A stretch of 36,925 nucleotides of DNA from Chiloscyllium plagiosum (Eukaryota). The notes beneath the pieces were generated by a model, which was not told the DNA's origin, made no database searches, and worked only from the letters and a program-made list of their open reading frames with translations. Location: positions 4,972,728-5,009,652 of the forward strand of contig NC_057751.1 of the NCBI RefSeq assembly GCF_004010195.1, written 5' to 3'. Positions 1 through 12,499 of the stretch are shown piece by piece; position 1 is the first letter of the stretch; every line of letters starts with the position of its first letter. The position numbers were made by a program, and so were the translations under genes.

Positions 1-45
1 GGTCAGTGCTGAGGGAGTGGGCACTGTCGGAGGGTCAGTGCTGAG
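1..45. repeat. End of a ~32-bp tandem repeat (GGTCAGTGCTGAGGGAGTGGGCACTGTCGGAG), truncated by the window edge
   Basis: GGTCAGTGCTGAG occurs at 1 and again at 33. Confidence 0.5.
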
Positions 46-133
46 CAGAGGTTGCTAAGGACTGAGAGACTCAGACAGAGTCTAATGGTGACCCGTGCTG
101 CTGAAGTACTGGCTAATCAGTGCAGGACCTCAC

Positions 134-286
134 CCATAACCCAGGCCCAATTGTGGGTGAGTGGACTGACAGTGGGATGTTGTGTTGCTCAGTGCTTGGA
201 TCCATGAGTCTGCTACAATACAGGCTCTCTGTGCCTGACCGATGTTCTGTCATCTTCTGGGGGTGAGAACACATGTTTGTACATAT
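134..286 (-). CDS. Putative internal exon of an unidentified minus-strand gene (could be UTR)
   Basis: Minus strand has acceptor TTCTCTCTCTCACAG| and donor TGG|GTGAGG. The 153 nt are open in phase 0-0 (ICTNMCSHPQKMTEHRSGTESLYCSRLMDPSTEQHNIPLSVHSPTIGPGLW). No family recognised. Confidence 0.35.
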
Positions 287-3200
287 CTGTGAGAGAGAGA
301 ACGTGCACGTGTGTGGTTGTGTCAGAGTGTACGAGTGAGCAAGAGAGAGAGAGAGAGTGTGAGTGTGAGAAAGAGCGTATGTGAGTACACGCACGGAGGA
401 GGAGAGGAGAGAAGACAGTGTGAATATTGAACGGCTGTTTGGTTTCTGAGTACCCCAGCACAATAGATGTGGATGGATCTTGGGTGGAAACGGTTGCTAT
501 GGAACCGGGAAGCAGACAAGGGCAGGTCTGAAGCGAATGGCTCAGTTTGCAGTCTTCACTCAGCCTGGATTTCCCACAGCTCATGTGACGAGACGATTCA
601 GAGTCATGAGAGAGGAACACAGATAGGCCAAGTGACTCTGTCCATTCAGGCAAAGGTGGAGCTGCCTTCATTTTGGAAGCTGTCTGCCTGAGGGCCTTAG
701 CAGGCTGAACAGCTGACGCAAGCTCACTCCCACTTTCCCCTTCTTCCTGACCAGTCTCTCCTTCCTCCTCAGGTCTGCTTCCAACCAGCCTTTGTGAAGC
801 ACTCTCCACAGGCCAGGAATTGTCACTGGGCTATTCCACTACAAGAAGCATCACACACCAAATCCAACCCTGTCCCCTGCTCAATATCTATGTGATCAAA
901 GCTCTGCAGGCCATTCAGCCTTCAGTGTGAATTGCAGCACATCACCAGCCAGCTCTAACCAACACACCCCAAGTTCAATAAACCTTGTTTAACAAAATCC
1001 TTCTCCGATACTATTTTCCAATGACTGCACAATGCCTGGGGGGGGGTCAAGAATACACTGCCAGGAACAGTGGGGGTGGGGAAGACTAGCAGAGTGAGAA
1101 ATCTCACCACCTTTAACAGGGACCATTTGAAATGTCCTATCAAGGCCAAGTTCTGGAAAGTGGGGTCCTGAGGTCAGCACAGACCCAATGGGCTGAAGGG
1201 CCTCACCTGTGCCAGCTTCTGGCTCAGACACACTCAGAGAGGGTCCTGACTTCAGCTGTGGGCACAGTGCCCTGTGCCCAGAGCTCATCCTGCCTCTCCC
1301 AGCACAGCTTCAGGGACTCAGAGCTAGCATTTGTTCCAACACCCCAGCAACTGTCTATCAATCCAAACTCAATTCCGATCAGAATGGCCCATCCCTTCAA
1401 TAGATTCCCACCAGACAGGGGGCAGCAGGAGTGGAATTTCCAAACTTTCCCAAGGGTCTGGATGAGGGAGCAGGGGGTGGAGAAACTGGGAGATGTTTGC
1501 TCACAGCCAGTGCAATGGGCTGAACTGCCTCATGCTGGGAGGAAGGTCACTGGGAGAGGCTGGAGCTGTAACCACGGGCAAGTCGAGGAACAAGAGGCAA
1601 TCTCCCTGGAAAGACAGGAGAATGGCAGTGGCTGTATTCAAGGGCCAGGGCACCTATATTTCAGTGTTGCTGTCAGGGGCCTGGGAGGGAAGGCTTTCAG
1701 AGGAGATGGACAGTCAACATCAGCATTGAGCTAATGGAATGCTAGGGCAGGCTAGAGGGACCGAATGGCCTCATGCTGTTTCCAAGTGCCACATTCCTAT
1801 TTGCTGGACAGGTCTGTGATTATGGTTCAGTCAGGTGGTGTCTGCTGGTCCATCTCAACATCACTTCCCCTCAATCTCCCCATGTCATCTCAATTCCCAT
1901 CACCCATTGTTGACCCAACACACGGGGGTCCACTACTCTCTGGGGTACACCACTGCCAACATCCATCGCCTGGTGATACCCGGTTTGGGTGGGTCTCCCA
2001 GCCCTCTGTACCCAGTTCCCACACCCACCTCTCCAGCACAAGGCCAGGGTAGATAGAGAGAGCTCCTCTACAGCACTGACCCATAACTCGCCATCTGCCA
2101 AGTGCCCCCCCGATCTCAGCTCTGAGCACCCAGCGGGTATCAGCCGGTACCCACTGGGAATAATTGCACCGAGGACCCGCACAGCAAGCTCACTCACTCA
2201 CTTGGGAATGTATTTATCTTCCCCAACACGTACAGGATCCTCCATCACGGCTGGCACTGTCATAGCTGGCACGACCTGCTGAGAGAAGACAAACACGTTG
2301 ACATAGAGTGGTGGGGAGGTGGACCAGTCTGTGCCAAACACTCTGAGCTCTTGCCCACCTGGAGAACTCCGTCCCCTGGTATAACAGGGGAGCCCGTCCC
2401 CTTCCAGACTGTGCTGTGGATTGAGATCCGAGCAGAATCACTAACAGTGCACAGTGATCTCCCAGCAAGTGCTGACTGGGGTTCCCATCTCCGATAGTGC
2501 TGCACTCCCAGGTCTGGATTTTGTGTGGCTTTGAGCCAATGACCAGCTGACCGTGAGAGACCAGGCCCTTAGCACTGGACCCTGCAAATCCCTGAGCTTT
2601 CACCAGAGTGCCCCTTCAATCAGCGCTGAAGTGGTTGCAGGAGAATTGCAACACTCCCACCCCACCCCACCCTCAAACACATCTCAACACAAGCTACAGT
2701 CAACCAGATAGTCCCTGGTGACACACCGTGAACATGGACTGTATCACAGTGGAGGGACTGGCTCACAACATCGCGCCTGTTGAGCCAGACAGGACAGACC
2801 TGCAGTTGAAATGGGAAACAATTTGATTGGTCAGTGGAAAAACAAAACCAACCCCAAAAGATGCTGGATATCTGAAACAAGAGTGCTGGAACTTGCTGGG
2901 AAAGCTCAGCAGGTCTGGCAGCATCTGTGCAGAGCAATCCATGTTTTGGGTCCAGTGCCCTTTCCTCTGAGCTCATGGTCGCTTGACCCAGTGGTGCCTG
3001 GTTGAGAGCGTGAGCTGCTGTCCAGGGTAAGGACAAGTTGGATGCTGACAGCAGAAACACAGCTGTTTCCCCCATGGAGCAACACAACCCACTTTCACAT
3101 CCCCATTTCATCCTAAAGTTTCACTCCCTGTTTGACCAGACTCCCCCTCACTCTGTCTTCGAAGTCTCTCACCACACTGCCGAGTCAGGGCCCCATGGAA

Positions 3201-3464
3201 CTGAGCTGACTCAGCAGAAAAACACTCCTTTTCTTGCTCAATCAGTTCAACGTGACCAGTTTTTAAACTGCACATTGCTCAGCTCGGAGTCAAGGAGGAG
3301 ACACAGTGGTAAACACACTTATTGCTGGTTTCCCATCGATCAGCTCTACCCCGTCACTGAGCAACCTCCCACTGTAACCTCAAGACACACTCCCCCCTGC
3401 CCGGGAACCATAGTGCTCATGGTCTCCTTCTGTCGGTGAGTATTGGTGTTAAAGGACCCTCCAA

Positions 3465-3699
3465 AGAGTATTCCATTTCCCCCCAGCCCATCCCTGTAAC
3501 CTGTATTTCCCATGGCCAACCCACCCTGACTTGCACATCTTTGAACTGTGGGAGGAATCCAGAGCACCCGGAGGAAACCCACGCAGACCCGGGGAGAATG
3601 TGCAAACTCCACACAGACAGTCGCCCGAGGCTGGAATCGAACCCGGGTCCTTGGCACTGTGAGGCAGCAGTGCTAACCACTGAGCCATGACACCACCCC
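3465..3699 (-). mobile_element. HE1-like V-SINE (tRNA-derived), 3'-degraded
   Basis: tRNA-like head on the minus strand (TGGCTCAGTGGTTAGCACTGCTGCCTCACAG...GGGTTCGATTCC, A/B boxes) followed by the V-SINE core GTGTGGAGTTTGCACATTCTCCCC. Closely similar to 17918-18251. Confidence 0.9.
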
Positions 3700-4399
3700 A
3701 CGTACCCCAAATCTTCCCGAACCAACAGAGGAGTCCTTTGGAGCCATTACTCACAGCACTGGGTTTAAATCACATCCATTACATCTTTATTGCTGCAGAC
3801 TCAGTACTAAAAAGGTGAAAGAGGGGGAGAAAAAGAGAGAGAGAGAAAACGGGAGGGAGAAAGTGGAAGGAAACAAGACACAGTGAGAGGTTGAGGGAGG
3901 GCGAGAGAAAGGGGGAATAAAAAGAGAGAATGAGCAAGAGAAAGAAACAGTGAGAGAAAGGAGACAGAGGACATGAGACAAGGTGAGAGTGGGGGGGGGT
4001 GAAAAAGACAGTGAGAAACAGGTTTGACATCAGTACAATGATTGTTTTACCTTCCAGGAGTCCAATGGGTACTTGGACTGAGCCAAAGAGAAGGCTGTGC
4101 AATGACCATGTGAAGAGACACCCACATGCCTGCTTTTCCAATGTACCATCACATTATTTTAAAATAGAGTCATGCAGACTCGATACAGGCCAGCCTCCAG
4201 GGGCTGACCCTGTGAGATGGAGGCCTAGCACCGAATCCATCACCAAAAGTGATTCGAAGGCTGATGGAGAAGTCCTGGTCTTGATTATAAACTGCTTCAA
4301 ATTCCCTCTCAACATCTGGGTGTTTGTGAACAACACTCAGGTGAGCATCTCCAATGAGATGGATATTGAAAAGCATTACCCTCATGGAGTCTCTCACTC

Positions 4400-5355
4400 T
4401 CAACAGTCTGTCGGGTATCTCCAGTCAGCGGAAACTCAGCCAGATTCACCATATAAATACAGTGGCTCAAACAGCAGGTCAGAGGCTGGGAATACTGTGG
4501 TGACTAACTTCCCTCCTGACTGCCCAAAGCCTGTCCACCGTCTACAAGGCCCAAGTCCGGAGTGGGATGGAATACTCCCCACTTGTCTTTATGGGGGCAG
4601 CTCCAACAACACTCAAGAAGGTCAACACCATCCAGGACAAAGCAGCCTGCTTGGTTGACACCACATCCACAAATGTTCCCTCCCTCCACCCACTGACCCT
4701 CAGAAGCAGCAGTGTGTACCATCTACAAGACACAGTGCAGCAATTCACCAAAGATCCTCAGGCAGCACCTTCCAGAACCATGATCACTTCCATCCAGAAA
4801 GACATAGAAGTCTATAAAATCAAGAGGCTCATGGATAGGGTGTACAGCCACAGTTCTTTTCCCTGGGGTGGGGGATTATACAACTAGAGAGCATAGGTTT
4901 AAGGTGAGAGAGTTAAAAGGGACCTGAGGGGTATCATTTTCACACAGAAGGTGGTGTGTGTATGGAATGAGCTGCCAGAGGAAGTGGTGGAGGCTGGTAC
5001 AGCTAAAGGCATCTGGATGCATACATGGATAGGAAGGGTTTAGAGGGATATGGTCCAAGTGCTGGCAAATCGCACTCGGTCCAGATTGTGATGTCTGGAA
5101 AAGTTGGACTGAAGGATCTGTTTCTGTGCTGTATGACTCTGAGGGCAGCAGGTATATGGGAACACCACCCCCCTGCAAGTTCCCCTCTGAGCACCTCACC
5201 ATCCTGACTTGGAAATATGACACCATTCCTTCAGTGTCACTGGATGAAAATCCTGGAATTCCCTCGCAAAAGGCAGTGTGGGTGTGTCTACAGCAGCGGT
5301 TCAAGAAGGCAGCTCACCCCAACCCTCTCAAGGGGGAACCGGGGATGGGTAACAA
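4400..5355 (+). mobile_element. Degenerate LINE 3' fragment (C-terminal RT region), interrupted by a CR1 3' fragment at ~4803-5138
   Basis: Translates to ...YKAQVRSGMEYSPLVFMGAAPTTLKKVNTIQDKAACLV. The nested piece carries the CR1-type GAGCATAGGTTTAAGGTGAGA...GGAATGAGCTGCCAGAGG segment and a TGTGCTGTATGACTCT tail. Confidence 0.75.
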
Positions 5356-6101
5356 GGGAGTCAGATGCTGAAAAAAGTGTGCTTCATCCTGACGGTCCCG
5401 AGCGGAGTTTTCCTTCTTTCCAACAGGAATCCTGGTCTTCTGTCCCCTACATTCACTGACCCCTTGTCAGATTTCCCCCAGAGTTGACAGAACATGAACT
5501 CTGGGAGGGTGATGCACTATGTTGCCATAGGTTTCTGTCCTGATTTTCAGATATCCTGACCTTCCCTGTGCTGTGGCTGTGATAGCGTTCAAGGGGTAGC
5601 AGCCTGGTGTGGGTCAGAAGCACAGAGGTCCTTCATCATTGTCACCAGATCTCAGGCCCTGGAGTGTTAGTAAACCTGCCATATGGACTCATGATGGATT
5701 TCACACCCTGCGTACAGTGCGGACCATCAACGATGCTGCATTCCCTTGGGCAACCCCCTCCAGCATCTGGCTGGGTACTGTCAGAAACCAAAAGCCTCAC
5801 TCACTGAAGGCACTGCAGCCATCATCTCATGACTGATAGAAGTTGGTGGGGGGGGAAAGAGAGGGACACAGAAAAGCAGCCTGCAGTCATCACACAGGAA
5901 CTGGCTGACAAATACACTGCATAGAAGCTGAGCCAGGAAGTCAGAGACTTACAGACTCACTGCAGCGAGGAGCTCTGTGAGCAACAGGCAGTTTGGAGGA
6001 AGTTGGGAAATGAACCAAGCCGTGAAAAGCAAGGGGGAAGTCACTGACACAGGGGGAGTATGTGACTCTTGCAGGGGTGGAAGGTGTGGTGTTTTCCTCA
6101 C

Positions 6102-6183
6102 CAGGCACACAGAGACACAGAGCTCCATCTGGTTCCCATTAACATGCTGCTGGGAGTGACAGCAGCCGCTGTCTTCCAGCCTC
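6102..6183 (-). CDS. Putative exon 2 of the unidentified minus-strand gene
   Basis: Acceptor CTCACTTCAG| and donor CTG|GTGAGG. The 82 nt run phase 2 to phase 0, compatible with exons 7105-7118 and 134-286 (RLEDSGCCHSQQHVNGNQMELCVSVCL). Confidence 0.35.
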
Positions 6184-7104
6184 CTGAAGTGAGCACTGAG
6201 GTCTGAGCTGAAACCATAACTCAGACTGACTGCCCTGAGTATTTCACACAGAGCTGCCGCTGTCTCTGGGAAACAAGGAACCGGGGAAGGGGGTACAAAA
6301 ACCAGGGAACATCTCAGCTCACAGCCTGGAGAAGAAGTGAAGCTTGGGGATGTGATCACACCGAGGGTGTGTTTCCAGGGACTGTACTGACTGGAATCGT
6401 TTCCACTGACTGACAGCACTCAGCAGAGTGTTTTCTGGTACTTTCCGGATTACCATTCTGACCTCTCTCTCTTTCTTTCTTTCTTTCTTTGAGTTCAATC
6501 CGTCCCTACAAAAGGTCCTGGGGTTGGGTTGGGAAGGGGGGGGGGGGGGGAAATAGAGAACAGACAGTTTCCCAAGCCTCAGTGTTGCTTCAATGAGAGA
6601 TCCCAGCCTTAAGCAGAGGCATGCCATCCCCCATCTCCATGCTAACCACTGCTTATCCCAACACCCCCTGCCCAAACACCATGGTGCTGATGAATGACTC
6701 CGTTGAAAGCCAATTGTTCCCTGAATGGAGCCCGGTCAATAGGAGGAAAGCCCCGCTCCCTCCCCCAGCCAGACGGCGGACAGCAAAGAGGCAAGCCCTC
6801 CAGAGTTCCCACAACTTCATGCAAGCTCCCCTCCACCCCCCGACCCATACACACTCCCCTCCACCCCCAGACCCATACACACTCTCTCTCCCTCCCTGTG
6901 TGCTGATCTCAGCAGCCTGCTTTAGACGGCAGGGGGTAAATTCCCTGCAAAAAGGGGAAGGCAAGCTGCGCCTGGGTGTTGCATCTGCTGCCTTGCTGTG
7001 TGTGTGTGTGTGTGTGTGCGTGCGTCTCGGAGGGAGGCTGCAGGAGGCACAAGCAAGGCAGGGACAGGCTGTCTCCCCTCCCTGCCACCCCACCAATAGC
7101 TCAC

Positions 7105-7118
7105 CTTCTCGGTTCCAT
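7105..7118 (-). CDS. Putative first exon (coding part or uORF, MEPR..) of the unidentified minus-strand gene
   Basis: CCCATGGAACCGAGAAG|GTGAGC is a strong donor about 100 nt downstream of the CCAAT/GC-box promoter. Confidence 0.45.
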
Positions 7119-7199
7119 GGGTGTGACAGTCCCCGGGCACCAGCTCCTGTCCCGGGCGAGCGGCTCTGCGACCCACTGGGGCAAAGACACTGTAGCAAT

Positions 7200-7330
7200 C
7201 CCGGCTGATGGACAGGCCGGTCCGGCCAATCAGGGGCCGCGCTGCTTCGGCAACATGCTGGGGGGGGCGGGGCGGGGCGGGGCTGGGGCGGCCAATGGGA
7301 GGCGAGGGGGTCGCGTTCTCCCGCCCCCAC
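7200..7330 (-). promoter_or_regulatory. CpG-rich TATA-less promoter with two CCAAT boxes and tandem Sp1 GC boxes
   Basis: GGCCAATCAG at 7224-7233, GGCCAATGGG at 7290-7299 and repeated GGGGCGGGGC at 7264-7290. CpG is locally enriched in otherwise CpG-poor DNA. Direction is inferred from the adjacent donor site. Confidence 0.75.
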
Positions 7331-8559
7331 ACCCCCCGTCATGTCCCAGACAATGACAGAGTGGCCTGAGGGACCCACACACAGACACATATATTTATAT
7401 ATATACACACACACACACACACAGACAGAGCAGGCTGTGTCTGCAACAGCCCCAACCCACACACACACACAGACCCACCCAGGCAAGGTTCTCCCTCTCC
7501 CCACACACACACACACAGCCCCCCTACCTCCCCATGGCCTGTCTCCACCCTGGAGATAAGGACACACACAGACTGGGGCAATTGTTTGTGATGTGTGCCT
7601 GCCTGTGAGGGGTTTGTCGGGTGGAGGGTGGAGGGGTGAGTGGATGTGTGAGCTATTCTGCTGCCTCTCCCCAGTTCCACCGGATGCTGCCTTGCAAACC
7701 ACAATTGCTCACATCCATCACATGTCTGCAGAGTGCAGTGAGAGTGCACACAGAATTGCAGAAATGAACACTCTAGATTCTGCAGAACCCTCTTCCTGTC
7801 AGTTCCAGGAGGGTGGAGCGCCTCAAACAGAAACTGACTGTCCAACACTAGGGGCTATGTTCGTTCCCCACCTGCCCCGGACAGCGGGGGAGGGTGTGGG
7901 GGGACTTTGTCTATCTGTGCCCCTCAGGAACTGGTACACAAGTCACCCAGACTGGGTTCAGTAAGGCATCTTGGTGTCTGACTGGTAAATCTCAGACATT
8001 CCCTTTTGAACTTGTATGTTTCCACAGGCCAGTGCCAAAACCAAGGGAACATCAGGTTGAGAGCTCTCCCCTGACTTACACCCAACACTGAGAAACAGCC
8101 TGGATAGAGAGAGAGAGACACACACACACACACCCAGACACAGGGAGAAGGCAAGAGAGAGATTGAGGGGCCTCACTGACGTGACACTGGACAACACCTG
8201 ATTAGCTGGGAGCAGAGACTGGTGAAAAGCCTGGGAGGTACAGGTTAGGCCCACACGTCCCAGGCTGTCCCGATCAGTCTGGGGAGATTGCCTGAGAAAA
8301 GGTGAGTCAGGACAACTGCACATCACATTCTCCAACAGCACTCCACAAACAGAGATGAGATTGCTCCCTTTGGGATCCACACTTTGCTCTGGGACACAAT
8401 CTGGAATTCCTGACTGGGAAGTCTGAGCAGGCTCCTGCCCTCTCTAACTCTCCACATGCTCCTCCAGACTTGAACACCAAGTGCCAACAGCTCCAGGCAC
8501 ACTCCCCGGGCACCATCTCCCCACACACACACACACACTCACAACTCCTAACCACATAC

Positions 8560-8895
8560 ATCATCCAGATCTGGCAGAATTCACCTGCACTTCCACACAA
8601 GTCATCCACTGTGTCCATTGCTCTCTACATCGGGGAGAGAGGACACCAACTCGCGGATCATTTCGAAGAACATCTCTGGGACACCCGCATTGACTAACCC
8701 CACTGCCCGTGGCTGAACACTTCAACTCCATCTCCCCCGAGAACATGCAGATCCTGGGCCTCCTCCATCGTCACTCCCTAACCACCCATTGCCTGGAGGA
8801 AGAACACCTCATTTTCCACTTCAGGACCCTCCAACCACACAGGATCAGTGTGGATTTCACCAGTTTCCTCATTTCCCCTCCCCCAACCTTATCCT
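8560..8895 (+). mobile_element. Penelope-like element fragment (GIY-YIG endonuclease, frameshifted)
   Basis: Frames give FTCTSTQVIHCVHC / LYIGERGHQLADHFEEHLWDTR / VAEHFNS / LEEEHLIFHFRTLQPHRISVDF. Confidence 0.8.
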
Positions 8896-10399
8896 AGTCC
8901 CAATCCCGCCCCCCAACCCAGCACCGCCCCTGACCTGCTGTGCTTTTCCAGCACCACTCTCTTCAATCCACATCCATGGTGCCCACATGTCCCAGTCTGG
9001 AAAATACTGTGTCATGGTCCATATCTGACCCACTGAAGGAATGACTCTGTGATTTGTTGAACCACAGAGAGCAGCAGCTGTGATGGGAATGAGGGGCACA
9101 GAGGTAGCTCATGGATTGGAGCAGGCTAGATGATCAGGTCACTCCCTTCGCTGGTTAGGAAGAAGGTGAAGGTGCTCAGAAACTGCTTCAGCCCTCCACA
9201 CAGCCCCAAAGCCAGGCGGTTTGTGGTGGTGTGGATTAAACACTGTGCAACTGCACTATGTGGCACCAGTCTCTGCAGCAGACACACACTGCATGGGCAG
9301 CAAGCAAACAGCCTTCGCTCCAAAACCCAGGCCAACAGGGCCTCCTGGTACACCCAGTCAGGATTAGACTCTGATCACAGCCCAGGGGACTGGGCACAGC
9401 CAGCTGCCTACTCCAGCCCAGGATATGGACCAGGGGCAGTCCTGTGGCTCCAGTCCAGAGAGGGTCAGACAGAGAGCAGTCAGGGCTGTGGTCACTCACT
9501 GGGTCCCCACTGCAGGGGGATGTAGTGGGTAGCAGGGGTCTGTCCACTGACTGACAAGGCGGTCATTCTCAGGGGGTTGCTTTGGGGACTGGAGTCACGT
9601 TGCTGGGAGACAGAGTCAATCACTGTTGGCCGTCGCGTGGTGCAGCTGAATGGATGGAGGCTGACTCTCAGAGACAGATTGGATGGACTCCTGGGGATGT
9701 GCCAGGTCTATGGGGTCATGGGGGATGAGGTGATGGGGAGAGGTAACCAACACGGGGCAGGGGGAGTGGGAGTCTCTCTCACTTTCCCAGAGCTTCCCTT
9801 CCATCATGGTGCTTATCAGAAGGAGACCGTGGGGATGAATGTGGCAGCACCCACCCTGGCACTGGGAGGTGTCATCACTTCATTTGGGGAGGGTGGGAGT
9901 GGCAGGTCTACATGGGCTAAGGTCCTCACCATTAGACAGACCCCACCCTCTCCCCACCCAGAGACTGGGGTGAGACACAGCACTGCCTTCCTCATGACCC
10001 TCTGGGCATTAACCCATTGTGTGCAGTCCAACTCTTTCTCCAAGCAACACTGACCATCACAGTCAGGATGATAGCCAGAGCTGAGTAATGCTGGGAAAAT
10101 GGAGCATGCCTGGGATTTACCCAGTACCTGGAGATGGGACAGGAGGTGCTCCCTTCACCCCTGGGTCCATGGGATATTGGGGAAGGAGAAGGATGGGTGC
10201 CTTCACTCCATGACCAGACAGAGCCTCATGTGCCAGAGGATGGTGAGACCACAACACAGATTCCCCAAAGTCAGAACATAGTGACAGTGAGGTTTCCATG
10301 GTGTCACTAATCAGGAAGTCCTCCTCTATCTCTCATTTCACTTTGTATTGGTGTGTTCCCTGCCCTCCAATGGAGCCCACCTACATTCAGAACCATCTG

Positions 10400-10640
10400 A
10401 GACAAGGTGGGGGGAGGGGGGATGAAGAAACTGGTGAAGTCCAAGTTCATCTTCCTTGAAGAAGCTCTCTGCCTCTCTCTACAAAGCGAATCCTCTTACA
10501 AGGATGCCTTCCTTGAAGAAGCTCTCTGCCTCTCTCTACAAAGTGCGGAGCGATTCAGAGAGCACCTCTGGGCCACCCGGACGAACCAACCCAACCAACC
10601 TGTAGCACAGCATTTCAACTCCCCCTCCCACTCCACCGAG
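10400..10640. mobile_element. Penelope-like fragments in opposite orientations with an internal 36-bp direct repeat
   Basis: AERFREHLWATRTNQPNQPVAQHFNSPSHS at ~10546-10635 (+). 10405-10450 resembles the reverse complement of ~8848-8893. CTTCCTTGAAGAAGCTCTCTGCCTCTCTCTACAAAG occurs at 10451 and 10508. Confidence 0.7.
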
Positions 10641-11409
10641 GAATATAACAGGATTCTCCCAACACAGGGATCAGCACACACCAATCTCCCTCAGTCTCTG
10701 TGCTCTTCATTAATGCTAACAGGTTCTCCTTCTCTGCTTGATCTCAAACCACTGTCCTTTTGGATCTCAATTCAAGTCTCTCTTGACTTCATCACCAACG
10801 TTATTGATCTGAAAGATTCACTCTTTCCCACACAGACACTCAAATGCTGAGCACCTCTTTGACTTTCAGTTCTGATCTGAGATTTGCAGTATCCACGGCC
10901 CTTCATTTCCAGTTGAATATTTGAGAGATGTGACCAGGCAGGATGTAGGGACACCTCTGTTGGCTTGCAGTTTGCTGCCTACATGTTGAAGCAGGACCTG
11001 AACTTGGCATTGTGGACGTTCCTCCAGGAACGTTTGTGAGAGAGTGTGTCTCGTGTGGACATGGCAAGGTGATGTGAGGGTCACATTACTATCACGGGTC
11101 AAGGGGACAGAAGCTGGAGCCCAGTGTGGCGAGGATTTGGGAGCAAGGAGGTCACATTGTCAATCTTTCTGAAGGCAAGTCCACCGACTCCAGAGAGGTC
11201 ACTTTGGACCTTAACTCTGGTTCATTTCCCAAACACACAATGAAAGACACAGAGGGACAAAGACAATGCATCAGAAACCTCAAGCCAGACTTTCAGGGAG
11301 AGCACCCACATGACCCTGAAGTGTACATCTTTCAGAGTGAGATAACACAGAGAGCTTCAATCCCCTCACAGCCCCAGGTACTGCACAACAGAGAGACAAA
11401 CAGCATGGC

Positions 11410-11706
11410 CTTTAACATTAAACTCCACAACATCTGAAATAACCCAAAGCTGACCCAGAAATCAGGTTGTTCAAGGGGCCTAGCTAAAAATGAACATCTC
11501 CAGAGGGAATTCCTCTCGGGGGGGGGGGCAGTGAATTCAGGCCATGTCTGTTCCAGCAATAAAGTTTCAACTTTAACATTAAACTCCACAACATCTGAAA
11601 TAACCCAAAGCTGACCCAGAAATCAGGCTGTTCAAGGGGCCTAGCTAAAAATGAACATCTCCAGAGGGAATTCCTCTGGGGGGGGGCAGTGAATTCAGGC
11701 CATGTT
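11410..11706. repeat. Near-perfect local direct duplication (~137 bp, period 161)
   Basis: CTTTAACATTAAACTCC...GAATTCAGGCCATGT at 11410-11547 and 11571-11706. Confidence 0.95.
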
Positions 11707-11850
11707 TCCATTCAGCAGCTACTCCGCCTCACTCAGGAGACTGCTTTCCAAAATTGACAACGCGTCTGTTTCCCCCCTCAACCAATTGGAAGGGTATTTC
11801 ATTTTCTGGCACTCTCAGTCCTCACTGCACAGGAAGAGCAACCTTTCACA

Positions 11851-12499
11851 TGTCATGGACCAGGCCAGACCCTCTCAAAACATTGTAAGGAGGGAGCCCA
11901 GACCCAAACCTTTTCTTATTGTAAAGGTAGGTGTAAGTGGATATTCCAGGAGTGATGCAGCTGGTCAAACCACTCGGCTTTAAGCAAAACAAAATTTATT
12001 TACACGCTACATTTGAAACACAGACAAAAGAAAACACAATTTAGAATAACTTCGAATAACTTGCTTGATAACTCAACTGACATGATATCGCAATGTAACG
12101 AAGCAGTTCCCATCTCTGTCACATCCAAAAACATAGCCCTTGGCAAACGGTAAATTCAAACACAGGTTAATACAGATAGGAGAGATCTCAGAGAGACAGG
12201 TCAGGCAAGAAACATCTGTTGAAGCATGGAACCTGTTGTTTTCACTGGAGCCGCTTCTCCAGGTCCCCAGCAGTTTTTGACTCCCTGCTAAAGCTAAAAC
12301 AAACTAGAACAAATCCCTGAACTGGAAGAACTGACCCTCCCCTTCCGTTACACAACCGTGTCAAAGAAACAGAAAGGCCTCCTCAGACTGTTGATTTAGC
12401 CAGTGTCTGTTAGCCATTTCATCACCACTGACTTGACAACCCCTCTTGGAAAAATCCCAAAGGACAGAATAACCTTGCTAAAGGGGCAGCATGGTCACA
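11851..12499 (-). mobile_element. Solo LTR (probably Gypsy-type)
   Basis: TG...CA termini. Its reverse complement aligns at both ends with 20123-20789. AATAAA is present on the element strand. Flanks CACA/CACG form an imperfect 4-bp TSD. Confidence 0.8.

Noticed and set aside
493..505. RFX X-box-like GTTGCTATGGAAC
   Set aside because: Imperfect second half-site and not near an evident start site.
213..809. 198-aa minus-strand ORF with an acidic stretch
   Set aside because: Non-ATG start, it runs into a microsatellite, and the best acceptor (~839) is not in this frame when chained with the upstream exon candidates.
6102..6128. Minus-strand MELCVSVCL resembles the gene A start (M)ELCV
   Set aside because: I found no MSMB-type Cys exons on the minus strand downstream within the window, and the match is only five residues.
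6653..7848. Long ORFs across the promoter
   Set aside because: GC-rich DNA and CA/GT microsatellites suppress stop codons, and the peptides are low-complexity (VCVC, HTHT).
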